A stretch of 64,000 bases of DNA from Azolla caroliniana (taxonomy: Eukaryota; Plantae; Polypodiophyta): assembly GCA_043228905.1 (NCBI GenBank), contig JBHGNT010000004.1:18290001-18354000 (forward strand), given 5' to 3'. The notes under the pieces are model-generated. The model was not told the origin of the DNA. It ran no database searches and worked only from the letters and a program-made list of their open reading frames with translations. Positions 61,904 through 64,000 of the stretch are shown here, one piece after another. How positions within the stretch are numbered: position 1 is the stretch's first letter; every line of letters begins with the position of its first letter. The translations under genes were made by a program, and so were the position numbers.

Positions 61904-64000
61904 TCACTTCGGCATGGGATGTCTTTCCAATCCGATCCTCTTCCGGCATGCTTCCAGCTTGTCGGGTGTGAGCACCTTGGTCAGCATATCCGACCCGTTC
62001 TCGTCGGTGTGGATCTTCGTCAGCACAAACTCCTTGTCTTCTATCCTTTCCCGGATCCAGTGGTATCTACGCTGGATGTGTTTCGTCCGGGAGTGATAGG
62101 CTGCGTTCTTCGCAAGGTGGATGGCACTCTGACTGTCGCAGTAGAGTCGGTACTCCTCTTGCCGGATACCGAGCTCTCTAATGAAGTCCTTCATCCATAT
62201 TATTTCCTTGCCGGCTTCAACAGCCGCCATGTACTCCGCCTCCGTGGTTGACAACGCAACCGTCTTCTGCAGCCTCGACTGCCATGAAACAGCTCCCCCT
62301 GCATACGTCATCACATACCCTGATGTGGACCGGCTGGTATCTGCATCAGCCGACATATCCGAATCGGTGAAACCGTCGAGTTCGGGTTTACCGGAGCCGA
62401 ATCGGAGGCACACATTCGCTGTGCCCTTCAGGTATCGAAGTATCCACTTGACCGCGTTCCAATGCTCTTTGCCGGGATTGCTCATGTACCGGCTCACCAC
62501 TCCGACTGCATATCCGATGTCCGGTCTCGTACACACCATGGCGTACATCAAGCTCCCGACGGCTGAGGCATACGGCACTTTCATCATATCCTCCTTCTCA
62601 GCCTTTGTCTTGGGACTTTGCTTGCTCGACAGCTTGCAGTTTGCCGGGAGGGTCGATCCGACCGGTCTTGCTTCCGACATGTTGAACCGGTGAAGCACCT
62701 TCGTCACGTACTTCTCCTGTGACAGCCACAACTGCTTCTTCTTCCGGTCCCGGATGATGTGCATCCCTAGTATTTGCCTCGCCGGACCCAGGTCCTTCAT
62801 TGAGAAGGTTCGGTGAAGAGCCTTCTTCAGCATCCGTATCTTGACCTGGTCCCGTCCGACGATCAACATGTCGTCCACGTACAGGAGGAGTATTAGAAAG
62901 TCTCCTCCTTCGAACTTCTTCACAAATACGCAATGGTCGGACTGCGTTTTGAGGTACCCTTCGTCGGTCATGAAGGAGTCGAACTTCCGGTACCATTGCC
63001 GGGGAGCCTGCTTCAGTCCGTAAAGGCTCTTCTTCAACCGGCATACCAGGTGCTCCTTCCCTTCCTCCTCGAATCCTTCCGGTTGCTGCATGTAGATCTC
63101 TTCATCGAGGTCGCCGTGAAGGAATGCCGTCTTCACGTCCATCTGTTCTACCTCGAGGTCCATGCTTGCCGCTATGCTCAGCACCGTCCGGATGGAGGTC
63201 ATCTTCACTACCGGGGCAAATATCTCGTCGAAGTCGACGCCCTTCTTTTGCTGAAACCCCTTCACCACGATCCTGGCTTTGTATCTCGGGGGGTTTTCGG
63301 CATCTCCCAGTTTCAGCTTGAACACCCACTTGTTTCGAAGTGCCCGCTTTCCCTTCGGCAACTCCACAAGTTCATATGTGTGGTTCTCATGCAGGGAATC
63401 CATCTCGTCCTGCATGGCACTCAACCACCTGCGGCTCTGGGTGTCATGCTTCGCTTCTTCAAAGCTCTCCGGCTCCCCCTCGTCGGTTAGCAGCACGTGC
63501 TCTGGTTCCGGAAATCTCCGGGGGGCCCTTCTCTCTCTTAGAGGATATCTCCGTTCCGGAGCTTCGGTAACCGGTTCTTCCGATTCTTCTTCATCCGAGA
63601 CCATTTCGGGATCGGGGCCGGTTCCGGTATCATTTTCATCTTCTTCGGCCGGTTCTGTGTCTTCACCGTCTTCGGCCGGATCCTCGAGTGCTAACCGGTC
63701 CCTTGCCGGTCGGGACTGCTCCTCGTAGAGTTGATCCTTACCGGTCGACTTGGAGCTCTTCATCTTCTTCTCCGACTCCCAGTCGGCGAGTGTCTTGTTC
63801 TCCATGAAGATGATATCACGACTCCGGAAAATCTTATTGTCGACCGGGTCCCATACTCGGTAGCCGAACTCGTCGTCGCCGTAGCCGAGGAATATGCATG
63901 GCCGGGTCTTCGGATCTAGCTTTCCTCTCCGGTCCTTTGCCACATGCACGTATGCGAGACACCCGAACACCTTCAGATGCCGGTAGGATACTTCCCTACC
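61904..64000 (-). CDS. Intact copia C1 polyprotein (integrase C-terminus, RT, RNase H); continues beyond the window
   Basis: 688+ aa without stops; FLGYGDDEFGYRVWDP, YKARIV, QMDVKTAFLHG, LLYVDDML; nearly identical to 47-730. Confidence 0.96.
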   Translation of the reverse strand, partial: GREVSYRHLKVFGCLAYVHVAKDRRGKLDPKTRPCIFLGYGDDEFGYRVWDPVDNKIFRSRDIIFMENKTLADWESEKKMKSSKSTGKDQLYEEQSRPARDRLALEDPAEDGEDTEPAEEDENDTGTGPDPEMVSDEEESEEPVTEAPERRYPLRERRAPRRFPEPEHVLLTDEGEPESFEEAKHDTQSRRWLSAMQDEMDSLHENHTYELVELPKGKRALRNKWVFKLKLGDAENPPRYKARIVVKGFQQKKGVDFDEIFAPVVKMTSIRTVLSIAASMDLEVEQMDVKTAFLHGDLDEEIYMQQPEGFEEEGKEHLVCRLKKSLYGLKQAPRQWYRKFDSFMTDEGYLKTQSDHCVFVKKFEGGDFLILLLYVDDMLIVGRDQVKIRMLKKALHRTFSMKDLGPARQILGMHIIRDRKKKQLWLSQEKYVTKVLHRFNMSEARPVGSTLPANCKLSSKQSPKTKAEKEDMMKVPYASAVGSLMYAMVCTRPDIGYAVGVVSRYMSNPGKEHWNAVKWILRYLKGTANVCLRFGSGKPELDGFTDSDMSADADTSRSTSGYVMTYAGGAVSWQSRLQKTVALSTTEAEYMAAVEAGKEIIWMKDFIRELGIRQEEYRLYCDSQSAIHLAKNAAYHSRTKHIQRRYHWIRERIEDKEFVLTKIHTDENGSDMLTKVLTPDKLEACRKRIGLERHPMPK

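Noticed and set aside
62181-63919. Long overlapping and antisense ORFs over the copia pol
   Set aside because: Expected shadows of GC-rich coding sequence; no recognisable motifs

Overview
Eukaryotic land-plant DNA, most consistent with a bryophyte (moss-type) genome; the organism is an inference from TE lineages and gene style. About 85% of the window is nested transposons: two Ty1/copia families, a tRNA-Trp-primed gypsy family, a tRNA-Arg-primed non-chromovirus gypsy family with an extra coiled-coil ORF, a chromovirus, a hAT MITE, and a TIR DNA transposon plus its MITE. One intact host gene is present: a 9-exon plastid-type 13S-lipoxygenase (23111-27817) with two GC-AG introns. Main observations: (1) two divergent gypsy elements have no polypurine tract; a tRNA-Arg-like 3' half ending in CCA sits 2 nt before the 3' LTR and is complementary to the family PBS. 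(2) All four TGTCG...GACA-ended LTR insertions have 4-bp TSDs centred on CpG. (3) A TIR transposon carries a RING + FCP1-like pseudo-phosphatase gene and a palindromic satellite. (4) Antisense tRNA-like A/B-box cassettes occur in the LTRs of two lineages. All alignments were done by eye and tRNA sequences are recalled, so database checks are needed.
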